Source: Emiliania huxleyi CCMP1516
Taxonomy: Eukaryota
Assembly (NCBI RefSeq): GCF_000372725.1
Contig: NW_005201791.1
Span: forward strand, 117,788-181,787
Direction of reading: 5' to 3'
DNA length: 64,000 nt
Below the pieces are notes generated by a model that was not told the origin of the DNA, made no database searches, and worked only from the letters and a program-made list of their open reading frames with translations. Below are positions 12,246-25,186 of the stretch, in pieces. How positions within the stretch are numbered: the first letter of the stretch is position 1; the number at the start of each line of letters is the position of its first letter. The position numbers and the translations under genes are program-made.

Positions 12246-13321
12246 CGGGATATCGCGAGGTGCAGCCAGCTCCTGCCTGGATGGAGTCAGGATAATGCCT
12301 GGGAAGATTCTGGTTGGTGCCTGAAGGGGGCTAGGTATGCCTGGAAGGAGCCAGGTTGATGCCTTGAGGCCTTGAGGGAGTCGGCTTGTGAGGCCTTGAG
12401 GGATCCAGATCTGGATCCCTCACGGCCTCAAGCCGACTCTCTGGTTCTTCTGGTTCCTCTCGGCGACGCCCAATGCGTGCGCCGGCGTGGGGAGTGTGCG
12501 TGCGCGCGCGTGTGTGAGATGAGGATTGTGGCAGGCTGGCTGCTGCTGATGTGGGCAAGTGTGCTCTGTGTGCGGCGCTGCGCTGGCGTGCGATGCGCGC
12601 GTGCTGTGCGCGTGTGCGTGTTGGAATCGCGCGTGCGTCTGCGTGTGCTGCGCGCGCGCCGGCGTGTAGCTCACAAAACATCACAGACAGGCGACAGGGG
12701 CGAACGTGTGAGACTAGAGCAGGCTTGCTCCGCCTCTAGCGATCTAGCCGGCCGCAAGGCCGGACAAGACCGTGTGTGGGGTCATGTGAGGTGTCTATGG
12801 ACGCTCCCTCACAGGATAGCGGCCAGCCGCTAGCCCTATCTCGCACTCATGGGTGACGGTGGTTCATTGGATGAGTGTTTGCGAGCAGAAGCGCGTGTGC
12901 TGAATCTAGATCGCACGCCGTGGCATATGACTTGGGTAGGCGTGCGACCGCAGCGCGCCCGCCGTAAGCTCGACGGGGCGCGCGTGAGTGTCAGCTAGGA
13001 GTTTGCCAGTACAAGAGCTATCCTGGTCTTTCCGAAGACGAGCCCCGCGCTACGGGTGCCAGCCGTGCCTTCGCGGGTGTCGCCCTTCGAGCCGCGTCCC
13101 GTCGGCACCGTCCCTGAGTGCGTCTCGCCTCTGCGACACACACTCGACGAGGACGGTCCCGCCGACGGGAACGTGTCGCGCGCCGGCGACGATTGCGGCG
13201 TGTGTGTGTGTGTACGAAGCGCCGCTTCGACGAAGCGAGGTTGGCAGGCGCCCCTCGCGACTCGGATGATCACTTGTCGCAGTCACAGTATTCGGACACA
13301 CAACCAGCTAAACTCTAAACC

Positions 13322-13690
13322 TCAGAGGGTGTTCGCAACGGCATGGCTCCAGCCACGGAACTCACCACCAACGGGCATCTGCTCTTGAACTTGCGCCCGG
13401 AGCCCGTTGAGAGTGAGGAGCATGATCGTTGCCGCGGCGACACGCGGCATCGCCATGCCCGATGCCAAAGAGACTCGCGAGAGGAACGAGACGGAGAGAA
13501 AGAGCACGGAGGGGACGAGGTACTGAACCACAACAGGCTGGGAGAGCCGCAACCGGCTTGGCAACCCTTTCATGTTCATGTGACACCAGAATCCAGAAAA
13601 CTGAAAAGATCTTGTTTTGGTTGTTCGCGGACTCCATTCCTGCTTGCACTCGAAGTATTCCCACTCGTGACTCGAAGCCGACCGGCGCGG
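13322..13690 (-). pseudogene. Pentameric (Cys-loop-type) ligand-gated ion channel fragment, pre-M1 to M2-M3 loop
   Basis: HEWEYFEC...QYLVPSVLFLSVSFLS...MPRVAAATIMLLTLNGLRAQVQEQMPV resembles the M1 (Y.P) and M2 (PRV...LLT) segments. No extracellular domain, M3 or M4 was found. Confidence 0.55.
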
Positions 13691-14245
13691 CCACAGAGCT
13701 GGCACGGCGACGCGGGGCCAGGAAGAGCAGCGAGAGAGCTGCACCTGCAGTGTGAGCACCAGCCACCACGGCACATGCACGAAGAGTGAGCGCGCGTGTG
13801 GCCACGACGCGCACTCGAGGCACGGAACGTGCTTGGACGTACAACGCGTCGCTGCAGCGAGTGTTCGGATTCGTTGCCGCTTAAGTGCGGAGAACACGTG
13901 TTACCACGCTCTCGACGGGATGCAAGAACGTGACCGGGAGCGGGACCGGCCGAGACGCTCGACTGACTCTCTACGGCGCATGCAGCCACAGTGTACTCCA
14001 TATACGCCACGGGAGCTGGCGGGCGCCACGCCTCGAGGGCAATACCACCGAACGGGCTGCCCGCCCGCCCCCCTTTTCTGCCCTCTCCCCTCGATGCGAA
14101 GCGCGCTGGCGCGGCCGCCCGCCCGTCGCCGCAACAGCGGCAGCCGCCGCACCGCTGCAGACGCCGCAACAGCGGTGGCGACGGCAGCAGCGGGACGTGG
14201 CGAGCAGCAGCGGCGGCGGCGGCGGCGGCAAGGGGAAACGGCGCC

Positions 14246-17200
14246 TCAGTCGCGCCGTCGATCGCGGTCCCTGCTGCGGCTGCGCTCCCTCCTGCGCTCG
14301 CGGCGGTCGCGCGAACGCGAGCGGCGGTCGCTGCGGCGGTCGTCGCGCCTTGGTTGCAATCGTGTCACGCGCTCAGTGCGACAGTGCCCTCGGCAGAAGT
14401 GTGCACCACGCGTTGTCAGGAGGTGTCTGGGAGGTGGCTAGGGGTGTCCAGGAGGTGTCCAGGAGGTGAGCAGGAGGTGTCTGGGAGGTGGCTAGGGGTG
14501 TCCAGGAGGTGTCCAGGAGGTGAGCAGGAGGTGTCTGGGAGGTGGCTAGGGGTGTCCAGGAGGTGTCCAGGAGGTGTCCAGGAGGTGAGCAGGAGGTGTC
14601 TGGGAGGTGGCTAGGGGTGTCCAGGAGGTGACCAGGAGGTGACCAGGAGGTGTCTGGGAGGTGGCTAGGGGTGTCCAGGAGGTGACCAGGAGGTGACCAG
14701 GAGGTGTCTGGGAGGTGGCTAGGGGTGTCCAGGAGGTGTCCAGGAGGTGACCAGGAGGTGTCTGGGAGGTGGCTAGGGGTGTCCATGAGGTGACCATGAG
14801 GTGAGCAGGAGGTGTCTGGGAGGTGGCTAGGGGTGTCCAGGAGGTGTCCAGGAGGTGACCAGGAGGTGTCTGGGAGGTGGCTAGGGGTGTCCAGGAGGTG
14901 ACCAGGAGGTGTCTGGAAGGTGTCTAGGAGGTGTCCAGGAGGTGACCAGGAGGTGTCTAGGTCGTCGCGCCCGCGGTAGCTGTCGCGGTCTCCGCCGCGG
15001 TCGCCGCCGCGGTCGCCCCCTCCGTCGCGCCTCTCCGTGTTCCAGACCAGCTTGCCGCCCGCCTTTGGGGAGATATGGGGAGATATGGGGAGATATGGGG
15101 AGATATGGGGAGACGGGCCTGCCGCCCGCCCTTTGCGGTCGAGAGGTGCTGCCGAGGTGCGGCCGAGCTGCTGCCGAGATGCGGCCGAGGTGCGGCCGAG
15201 GTGCAGCGGAGGTGCAGCCGAGGTGCGGCCGAAGTGCTGCCGAGGTGCGGCCGAGGAGGAGCGCGCAGTCAGGCAAGGTCGACCCGAGATCCGCCGAGAT
15301 CCGCCGAGATCCGCCGAGATCCGCCGAGATCCGCCGAGGTCGGCCCGGCGGCGCGAGCTGAGACGGAGCGCCGAGTTGCGCCGAGGTAGCGCCGAGGCAG
15401 CGGCGCCCGCCTGGCTCGCGCCGCCATACCCGCCTCCTCCTCCGCCTCCGCCGTATCCTCCCCCAACGGGGTACCCGCCCCCTGCGCCGCCGTACCCCCC
15501 CGCGTCGCCGCCGTAGCCCGGCGGAGCGGCGGCCTACGTGCTGGAGCGCGCCACCCTCGGGGGCGGGAGATGTGGGGAGATATGGGGAGATATGGGCGGC
15601 CTACGTGCTGGAGCGCGCCACCCTCGGGAGATATGGGGAGATATGGGGAGATATGGGCGGCCTACGTGCTGGAGCGCGCCACCCTCGGGAGATATGGGGA
15701 GATATGGGGAGATATGGGCGGCCTACGTGCTGGAGCGCGCCACCCTCGGGAGATATGGGGAGATATGGGGAGATATGGGGAGATATGGGGCGGGGATGCG
15801 GTCTCGCGCAGACTAGTCGGAGCACTGCGGGAAGACGAGGGGGTACGAAGAGAGTGGGTACGGCGGAGCACAGGAGACGGCTCAAAAAGTGGACGCCGCT
15901 CGCGCGCCAGGTGGGGGACGAGAATACGTCTTCGCTTCTNNNNNNNNNNNNNNNNNNNNNNNNNNNNNNNNNNNNNNNNNNNNNNNNNNNNNNNNNNNNN
16001 NNNNNNNNNNNNNNNNNNNNNNNNNNNNNNNNNNNNNNNNNNNNNNNNNNNNNNNNNNNNNNNNNNNNNNNNNNNNNNNNNNNNNNNNNNNNNNNNNNNN
16101 NNNNNNNNNNNNNNNNNNNNNNNNNNNNNNNNNNNNNNNNNNNNNNNNNNNNNNNNNNNNNNNNNNNNNNNNNNNNNNNNNNNNNNNNNNNNNNNNNNNN
16201 NNNNNNNNNNNNNNNNNNNNNNNNNNNNNNNNNNNNNNNNNNNNNNNNNNNNNNNNNNNNNNNNNNNNNNNNNNNNNNNNNNNNNNNNNNNNNNNNNNNN
16301 NNNNNNNNNNNNNNNNNNNNNNNNNNNNNNNNNNNNNNNNNNNNNNNNNNNNNNNNNNNNNNNNNNNNNNNNNNNNNNNNNNNNNNNNNNNNNNNNNNNN
16401 NNNNNNNNNNNNNNNNNNNNNNNNNNNNNNNNNNNNNNNNNNNNNNNNNNNNNNNNNNNNNNNNNNNNNNNNNNNTCTCGACGAAGGCGTAGCCGCGCGG
16501 CTTCCCTGCGGACGGGAGGGAGGGTGGGTTCGGGTACCGTGGGGTAGGGGGAGCCGGGGCAGGGCCTAGGGGGCGGCGGCGAGGGAGGCGGAGGAGGGGG
16601 GTCGGAGGAGGGCGGGGAGGGTGGTGGGGGCGACGGCGGTGGGCGGTGGCGGGGGAGAAGGCGGCGGAGGCGACGGCGGTGGGGGCGGCGGTGGAGGCGG
16701 CGAGGGCGGCGAGGCGGCGACGGCTGCGGAGGAGAGGGCGGTGGGGGCGACGGCGGTGGGGGAGAGGGCGGTGGCGGAGACGGCAGTGAAGGTGGGGGCG
16801 GAGCCGACGGTGGCGGCGACGGCGGCGGGGAGGGTGGGGGCGGCGAGGGTGGGGGCGGCGAGGGTGGAGGGGTGGCTGGTGTCTAGGGTGAGAGCAGCGG
16901 CAGCCACGACGGAGGCAGGCGCGAGGGCGGCGGCGGTTTGGGAGGCGGCGTTGGGGCGGGAGGCGGCGTCGGCGGCGTCTTCCTGTCTCGGTGTTAAAGC
17001 AGAGGCGGATGCCACGGATGGGGCCGACCTGCTCGAACTCCTTCTTCAGCTTCGCCTCGGTCGTGTCGTATCTGCGCCACGGCGGAGCGTGCCGCCTGTG
17101 TCGAGGCCGCCAGTGAGATGGTGAGCGGGTGACCAATTTGGGCGCACGCTGCGCTCCATATGTCGGACGGGCAAGTCTCGTGCACCTTCGGGCTGGCCGG

Positions 17201-17645
17201 AGCGCGAGCGCACGAGGCGGCGCGGCGGCCGGCGGGGTCCAGCGGGGATGGGTGGGTTGGGGGGGGGGGCGCGGGGGGCGGCGGGGGCGGCGCAGCTCCG
17301 CGCGCGCCTGATGCGCGCGACGAAGAGCGTCTTGTAGGGGTCGCCCTTGATTTTGCTGTCCTCGTTCGGGTCGTACGCCTCGACCTTCGCCTCGAGATCG
17401 GCCTCGCCCTTGGCCTTGCGCTTCTCGGCCTTGCGCGCGCGGCGCGCCTCCTTCGACTCTACCACAGCGGCCGGCTTTGGCGCTGGCGTCGCGGACGGCT
17501 CCTCGAACTCGGAGACGAGGTGCGCGACCGTGCCGTAGCGCGGCATCTTGCGCTTCTCAGGCGCCGGCTTGAATGGGGGCGGCGGGCGAGGCGCGAAGAG
17601 CGCGAGAATCGACGGCGGCAGCGCCTGCGCCACGGCGGAGGACAT
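14246..17645 (-). CDS. SNRNP70: U1 snRNP 70 kDa protein, multi-exon, spans the assembly gap
   Basis: MSSAVAQALPPSILALFAPRPP...YDPNEDSKIKGDPYKTLFVARI; YDTTEAKLKKEFEQVGPIRGIRL; RNP1 KPRGYAFVE; RS/RD-rich tail ending at TGA 14246. Confidence 0.93.
14415..14960. repeat. Intronic minisatellite built from AGGAGGTGTCC/GGGAGGTGGCTAGGGGTGTCC units
   Basis: Directly visible. Confidence 0.9.
15940..16475. other. Assembly gap (N run)
   Basis: Run of Ns. Confidence 1.
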
Positions 17646-18536
17646 CGCACGCGTTTTCTGAATTCTTTTGTCAAGGGGGGCGCCAAAAGAACTCCCTGCC
17701 ATTGAGAGGGCAGTAGGTGGGCGAGCTTCAGGCACGCTCATCTCGATCGTCAAGACGTTGCTACGCGCGGTCTTCCGCGGGGGGAGCTGCGTCGACGGGT
17801 GCGGGACCGCGGCGCAGCCAGTGCCGCGGCGAGGCCTCCGGCTGTTTGCGGCGGGCGGCTTGCTGCTCGCTGCATGGCGAAAAACTCGTCTCGCCACACG
17901 CCAAGGGCTTATGCTCTGGCGAGACGTGAGGCGCATGCGCCCAGGAGGGGAGGGGGCATGTGTAACGACACTGCTAGAGATGCCTTTCGGGGCCCAGAGA
18001 TAAAACTTCTGTGATGCCATGCGTGACCTAGTAGTGTCCCCAGCTATGGGCGTGTCCACGTTGGAGCCAGGTGTGGTGTGGGCGCGAGAATAGCTCCGCC
18101 GTTCATGGAGGCAACCGATGCGAGTCGACTGGTGTGTGTCGTCGTGGTTTCGTATCAAGAATTCTTTCTCCCTGCCATTGCGCGAGGCGCTCACGCATCC
18201 CTCCCTTGGGTTGTGTGTTTTCTTTCTTTCTTTCTTTACGCACCCACGCTCCTCTCCTTAAAATCCCTGTGTGGTGGCGGCGTGCCGTTCTCCCATCCCT
18301 CCCTTGGGTTGTGTGTTTTCTTTCTTTCTTTACGCACCCACGCCCCACACGGCCACGCCAGCGCACCCCCCCCTCTTGCACCCTCTGTGGGCGGCGCGTT
18401 TCGCGACCCGTACCCAATGGTCAATTGTATTAATATTGTCTATTCGTGGCCATGTGTGCAGAGCCGTCCACCGGTGCGACCCGGCCACGCCGGTCGCCCC
18501 CCGACTCGTACAGTCGTACTCGACTGTCGTACTGTA

Positions 18537-20108
18537 TCATGGCACTGGAATGCTGCGGAAGGCCGCCTCGAGCGCCTTGAACGCCTCCTGCGCGCGTGGC
18601 TCCGACGTCTTGTCGGGGTGCACGCGCAGCGCGAGCGCGAGGTACCGCTTGCGGCACGCCTCGTGGCTCGCCTCTGGCGGCATCCCGAGGCACGCACGCG
18701 GCCCAAGTGGTGCGCCGCTCAGAACCGTCGTGATGAGCGCCTCGACGGGCGCATCAGCCACGCTGCCCACCATGCCGCACTCGCCAGCCGCACCGCCGCC
18801 GCTGGCCGCGCCGCCGCCAGCCGTGTGCGCCTCGGTGGCGCGCTCTTGCTGCCGCTGCCGCTGCTGCTGCTGCCTCGCCGCGGCCTCTTGCAGCAGCTCG
18901 CGCTGACGCATCGCCGCCAGCCGCTGACGCTCGTCGAGCTCGCGCTTCGCCTGCGCCTGCGCCGCCGCCTTCCTCTCCTCGGCCGCCTCCTTCGCCGCCG
19001 CCTGCCTCTCCTTCGCCGCCTCCTTCGCCGCCTCCTTTGCAGCTTTCGCCGCCTCCAGTTTCGCGACGTCCAACCCCATTGCCTTTCCGGCGCGGGCGTA
19101 CGCCAGCGCCGCCTCCTCGGCCGTCGCAAAGCGGCCAAGGTACTTGAGGCTGCCGCCCTCCATGATTTGAGCCTTGTATGGCGTGACGCGGTTGCCCTCC
19201 TGGTATGCCACGCCGCGGAAGCCGCCGCGCCCCGCCGTCCGCACCAGCGTCAGGCCCTCGGCCTCCGCTTGCTGCACCGCCTCCGCCGCGCTCATACTCG
19301 GCTGCGGCACGCGCTCAGCCCGCGGCTCGCGCCCAGCCGCCTTTCCGGCGCGGGCGTACGCCAGCGCCGCCTCCTCGGCCGTCGCAAAGCGGCCAAAGTA
19401 CTTGATGCTGCCGCCCTCCATGATTTGAGCCGCGTATGGCTTGGCGCCGCCCTCATGGTATTTAACGCCGCGGAAGCCGCCGCGCCCCTCCGTCCGCACC
19501 AGCGTCAGGCCCTCGGCCTCCGCTTGCTTCACCGCCTCCGCCGCGCTCATACTCGGCTGCGGCACGCGCTCAGCCCGCGGCTCGCGCCCAGCCCGCGGCT
19601 CGCGCCCAGCCGCCTTTCCGGCGCGGGCGTACGCCAGCGCCGCCTCCTCGGCCGTCGCAAAGCGGCCAAGGTACTTGAGGCTGCCGCCCTCCATGATTTG
19701 AGCCGCGTATGGCTTGGCGCCGTGGCCCTCATGGTATCCAACGCCGCGGAAGCCGCCGCGCCCCTCCGTCCGCACCAGCGTCAGGCCCTCGGCCTCCGCT
19801 TGCTGCACCGCGTCCGCCGCGCTCATACTCGCGCGCCCAGCCGCCTTTCCGGCGCGGGCGTACGCCAGCGCCGCCTCCTCGGCCGTCGCAAAGCAGCCAA
19901 GATGCGTGCTGCTGCCGCCCTCCATGATTTGAGCCGCGTATGGCTTGGCGCCGTGGCCCTCATGGTATCCAACGCCGCGGAAGCCGCCGCGCCCCTCCGT
20001 CCGCACCAGCGTCAGGCCCTCGGCCTCCGCTTGCTGCAGTGCCGTCCGTTGGCGCTTTGATGCCGGCTCGTCGGGCGTCGGGGAATTTGGGCGTGGCTCC
20101 ATGTACAT
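18537..20108 (-). CDS. Protein with four tandem AP2/ERF-like domains, a coiled coil and a C-terminal J (DnaJ) domain; intronless
   Basis: Four repeats of AEAEGLTLVRT.GRGGFRGV.Y...PY.AQI..GG....LG.FATAEEAALAYARA, then CRKRYLALALRVHPDK...AQEAFKAL. Confidence 0.88.
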   Translation of the reverse strand: MYMEPRPNSPTPDEPASKRQRTALQQAEAEGLTLVRTEGRGGFRGVGYHEGHGAKPYAAQIMEGGSSTHLGCFATAEEAALAYARAGKAAGRASMSAADAVQQAEAEGLTLVRTEGRGGFRGVGYHEGHGAKPYAAQIMEGGSLKYLGRFATAEEAALAYARAGKAAGREPRAGREPRAERVPQPSMSAAEAVKQAEAEGLTLVRTEGRGGFRGVKYHEGGAKPYAAQIMEGGSIKYFGRFATAEEAALAYARAGKAAGREPRAERVPQPSMSAAEAVQQAEAEGLTLVRTAGRGGFRGVAYQEGNRVTPYKAQIMEGGSLKYLGRFATAEEAALAYARAGKAMGLDVAKLEAAKAAKEAAKEAAKERQAAAKEAAEERKAAAQAQAKRELDERQRLAAMRQRELLQEAAARQQQQRQRQQERATEAHTAGGGAASGGGAAGECGMVGSVADAPVEALITTVLSGAPLGPRACLGMPPEASHEACRKRYLALALRVHPDKTSEPRAQEAFKALEAAFRSIPVP

Positions 20109-20565
20109 TGTCCGCGTCCACAGCAGATGTGTGCGATTTCGAGCCGCGGTTGTGCGCTTTCGAGTCCCTTATACTCGACAAACTCGAGTAAAATGAACTC
20201 GCGGGTGTTTACTTTAAGGCCCTTGCCCTGCGAACGCGCACCCCCGGGGCTAGGGCTCTCTAGCCCGTAACCCGATACCGATCATCCGGCCCGCTGGATG
20301 CGCTTCTCAGCTCACCGGCCCTGGATGTGAGGTTGCCGACTGCACTCCAAGTGCTCCAAGTGCGGGCACGGGACGCGGCACAAACGGGGCACAAACGCCA
20401 GGCTACAAAGACGGGGAGGCACGTAGTGACGCAGGGGAGTCTAGGCGACGGCGGCGTCCTCCGACGCCGCGGCGAGCCTGAGCTCGGTCGCAATCTCTTC
20501 CGCCGCCGCGAGCTGCAGCGCGACTGACATGCGCTGGGCCTGCAGCGACAGCCACGACCGCGTCA

Positions 20566-21228
<663 letters not shown>

Positions 21229-21984
21229 CTATCGTGACGGGGACACACCCTGCACTGTCCGCTGTGTCGCCGTCTTTGTCCGGAGTGAAAAGTCCAACGC
21301 GGACGCTCGTCGGTGACGGTGTCCTCCAACCTGCGCCGCGCTCGGCGAACCTCGACAGCGCCTTCGGTGGCATGCAGCTCTTTGCGCCTGAAGCTTGGGG
21401 AGAGCAGCTCCTCTGCTGCTCACACGCTCTGCACAGATGGCACAGCCTACTGTGCGGCTGCCACAGCTGTGACAGCGATGGGATCGCCCTCACTGGCCCT
21501 CAGTCACTTGTCGTGCTGCGGCTTGTGTGAGCGACACTGGCTCGGCGACTGCCGGCACACTGTGAGACACCATGGGTGTGAGGTAAAACCGCGCTACCAG
21601 CGCTTGGTCACATCGGCCCCGAGGTCAGATCCTTCTACTCTGTTAGTGACAACACTTGTCTACTGGCCGTACGTTTAAAAGTGGCATGGGTGGTTTGTGG
21701 TTACAACGGCTCTAGTGGGCATTGTACGGCATACAGTGTACAGCAGGGAGCTGGTATTAGTTCTGTTTCGCAACCCCGTCACCACACACACATCCCGCGC
21801 TCACACGCCGTCACGCTTTGCGCGCGCCGCCCAGCGCTCGCGCAGCCTGCTGTCTAATAACGGCACGGCGCGCTCCCAGAGAGCGCCGTCGTGCTCGACT
21901 GCCCGTGAAAAGGCGTCGATGCCTGTTCACAGCAAGTGCCTGTGTAAAAGCACACGCTTGGCACGATTCTGAGTACGACCGCTG

Positions 21985-24900
21985 ACGACCCTTGCGGGCA
22001 TAGGGTACGAGGCGCAGCAGCGCGAGCCCGGGCGTCACCGACGGCTCGAGCGAGTCGGGGAAGACGTTGCCGTGGAGGTGCTCGTCGCTGCAGAAGATGA
22101 CCTGCGGAGAGTCAGAGGTGTGACGACAGGGAGGGCCGGCAGAGTGGCAGTGCGTGACGCGAGGCCGTGTGTGTGTTGTGCTTGTTTGCCGTGTGTGCCA
22201 GCGGCCTTCCAAGAGCAGGATGCTCTACACGTCTTCAGCATCCTGGCAAGACACGCACCACGCACACATGATGCGGGCAGGCGGTCTGCACGCGCACGCA
22301 GCGCCCGCCGTCGCCGCGCTCGAATACGATCAGGTCGGAGTGGGGCATCGGCCGCGCCTCCTGCCCCTGCGGCAGCTCGACGCCCTCCTCTAGGTGAAGG
22401 GCGTAGATGAGCGGGCAACCGTGCAGCCGGTGCGCGTCGTCGAAGTCGAGGTGAAGCGCGCACAGCTGCAGCCTAATGGGAAGCGCGTGGCGCGCTCTCG
22501 GGGTAGCCGTTCACGCATATAGTGGCCGGCGGCTCGCCCCCGCCGCGGGTTGAAGCGCCCGCCAGCCATTCGGCGGAGGCGGCCGCCGAGACGGAGCGCG
22601 AGCTGGTGCGCCGCCAACGAGTCCGAGGCATCGTCGCCGTCGCCGCCCTCGAGGCCGCGCCGCTGCTCCTCGTGCGACGGGTACCTACTCGGGACCCGCG
22701 AGGCGTGAGGAAGACGTCGCTCACACGTCCCGCTCCCGCTGTGACGCGGGCGAGGGACGCATGAATAGGTCCTTCACGACGGGGTGGAAGCGAGCCGCGG
22801 ACGCCATCTCGCGCGTCGTCTCGGGGAAGACCTTGCCGATGTGCTCGGCTACGCGGCCCATCAGCGGCGCCGCGCCTTGCACCTGTGGCGTGCGACGGTC
22901 GCGGACGGGAATGCGGATGGGTCGCGTCGCTCACGGGTGCAGAGGGCGGGGTGGGAGTTTCACAACTGCAGCTATGGCTCGGCCACCCAACATTGGGGGG
23001 GGAGACTGGAGGAGCCAAAGGGGGCAAGAGGCGCGGTGCCGACTGTTCGGGGAGAGATGGGGAGAGATGGGGAGATATGGGACGGTGTGCGAACCGCGTC
23101 CCGAACGCCAGGCCTGAAGGTGTCGAGGCGCGTGTACGGGACGACGACCGACGCGCCCTCCGTGCCGTCGGCACGCGTGCGTCGGAGCCTGCGGGTCACG
23201 TTGACCGAGCTCTGCATGCACCTGCGCCACCGCGGGCCGGGTGTCTTAGGCGTGAGAGCCAAGAGGTGAGCTACAGCTACGGGAAGGCGCACCCGTTGCC
23301 AGCCACGACATACCCCCCGCCCGTCTTCTGGTCGGGCTGGAAGGAGCCCTTCTCGAGCGCATCGGCCACCCCCAGCACCGCCTGGTCGGCAGCAGCCTTG
23401 ACCGCGCCATCATGGGCAGGAAGAAAACAGATCTTGCACATGAGCGCACCGCCAGCGGCAAAGACCTTCCACGCCGCCTCCTCGCCGGCGGCGGGAGGCG
23501 AGATGAACGGCGCCTCGAGGTCCTCCTCCACGTTCTCTTCGGTGAGCACGCGCGCAGCCTTGCACCCATCCGAGCTCACCGCGCGCGGGTCGGGGTGCGC
23601 GTTCAGCGCGGAGCTCTCAATCGGCTGATCCGTCGCCTCGTCGTACACGGTGCCCGCGACGCGGTTGCCATAGCCGTCGACGATGGTGCCCCTCTGCACC
23701 GCGCGGACAAAGTCGAGCCTGGGCGCCTGCTGCGCCAGCCGCAGGGTGCGGACGCCGTCGGCATCTTGCGACCACGCCGGCGGGTCTCGAGGCGGCTTGG
23801 GCGGCCGCTGGTCCAGCGGGACGCGCCGGCCGTAGTCCTCGAGGGCAAGCTCCGGCTCCTCAGCTCTCGACGCCTCGAGTGCCTGCGCCAGCTGCTCGCG
23901 GAACGACGGCATGCGCTTCAGCTGGCAAGCGTCGCAAAGCCATTTGCCAGAGGGCACAGAGGCGAGCGGCGGGCTGCAGCAGAAGGTGTGCTGCGCCACG
24001 CTGCACTTGAGGCCGTCGCAGAGCAGCAGCGACTCGTCGCCGTCGTCGCGGCCGCACGTGCAGCAGACCGGCTCGTGTCGCCAGGCTGGACGTGCGGATG
24101 ACGCGTCGGCGTCGGTAAAAGCGGCGCTCCCAGCCGCGCCGTCAGCGGCGGCGTCGATCGGGACGGCAGAGGAGGAGGAGGAGGCGCCAGCAGAAGCGCC
24201 GTCGGCGGCGGCGTCAGCCTGCACGGCAGACGAGGCGCCGGCTCCAGCCGAGGCTTCCGTCTGCATGTCTGCTGCCTCCGTTGCCTCCGTTGCCGCCTCA
24301 CCTGTCTCTCCCACCGCCTCCCACACCTTGCCGCCGAAGTCGAGAAGATTCCTGCCCGCCTGTAGCCATGCCAGCTCCGCGCCCGCCGCTGCCTCGGCCG
24401 CGGGTGCCTCGACGCCGCCGCCATGCGGCTGCCAGCCGGCGCCGCGCTCGTGCACGCTGACGCCCTTGGTGGCGACGGCGCTCGCTAGCTGCTCGCCGCG
24501 CCGGAAGGCGAGCCGCTGAGACAGCGGGATGAGGTCGTACTCAGAGTCGGAACTGGACTCGCCCGAGAGTCGGTGCTCGGGGGGCGGGACGCCCGAGAGT
24601 CGGTGCCGCTCCTCCTCGGAGGAGCCGTCGGTCGGGGTTGAACAGGGCTCGGGCGGCCTCCTCTTCGGTGCGGGCAGCGACGGCGCGGCATCGCGGCCGC
24701 GCTTCCCCGGCTCCGGACACAAATGAAGGCCAGGGTGGTTATTTGCCAAGATACATCCGAACGTGTTGCAGAGGTGCAGCTCAGCCGTCAGACTGCAAGC
24801 CTTAGCAGGGCTCAACAATTCGAGTGTCGAGCCGGCAGTGCGTGATCGGAGCGCTGCAGTCGCTGCGAGCGACTCGGTGACGCCGAGGGTCGTGTCGGCG
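21985..24900 (-). CDS. PHD-finger protein with a putative C-terminal 2OG-Fe(II) dioxygenase domain (TET/JBP-like), multi-exon; ends approximate
   Basis: PHD: CCTCGRDDGDESLLLCDGLKCSVAQHTFCCSPPLASVPSGKWLCDAC. Downstream exons read LHLDFDD (HxD at 22445-22453) and VIFCSDEHLHGNVF...LLRLVPYARK. Confidence 0.6.
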
Positions 24901-25186
24901 TTGCGTACACAGGTCTCGTTGACGTGCTCGTCGGTGCCAGGAGTCGTCTCGGCGCGTGAGCGGGATTCGTTCGCAGCGAGCGGCTCCTCGACGCCGCGAT
25001 TTGGCAGGAGCCCAGCGTGCATCGATCGTTGCGAGGCCCTCCCCAGACCCCCCATCAGGTGCTCTGTGTAGCGCCTCAGGGTGTTCTCTCGAGGTTCTCG
25101 AGGTGGATATCCTTTGGCCGCGTTGGGTAGCGAGGATTGGTGTGCCTCAGGGTGAAGGGGGGGCATGCCGGGTCAAGCTGAGACTA

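Noticed and set aside
15570..17136. Long ORFs containing X runs
   Set aside because: Artefacts of translating through the N gap.
18078..20060. 660-aa plus-strand ORF
   Set aside because: It is the antisense shadow of the AP2-DnaJ gene. The same applies to 43495-45342, 9628-10683 and most Arg/Pro/Ala-rich ORFs in this high-GC DNA.
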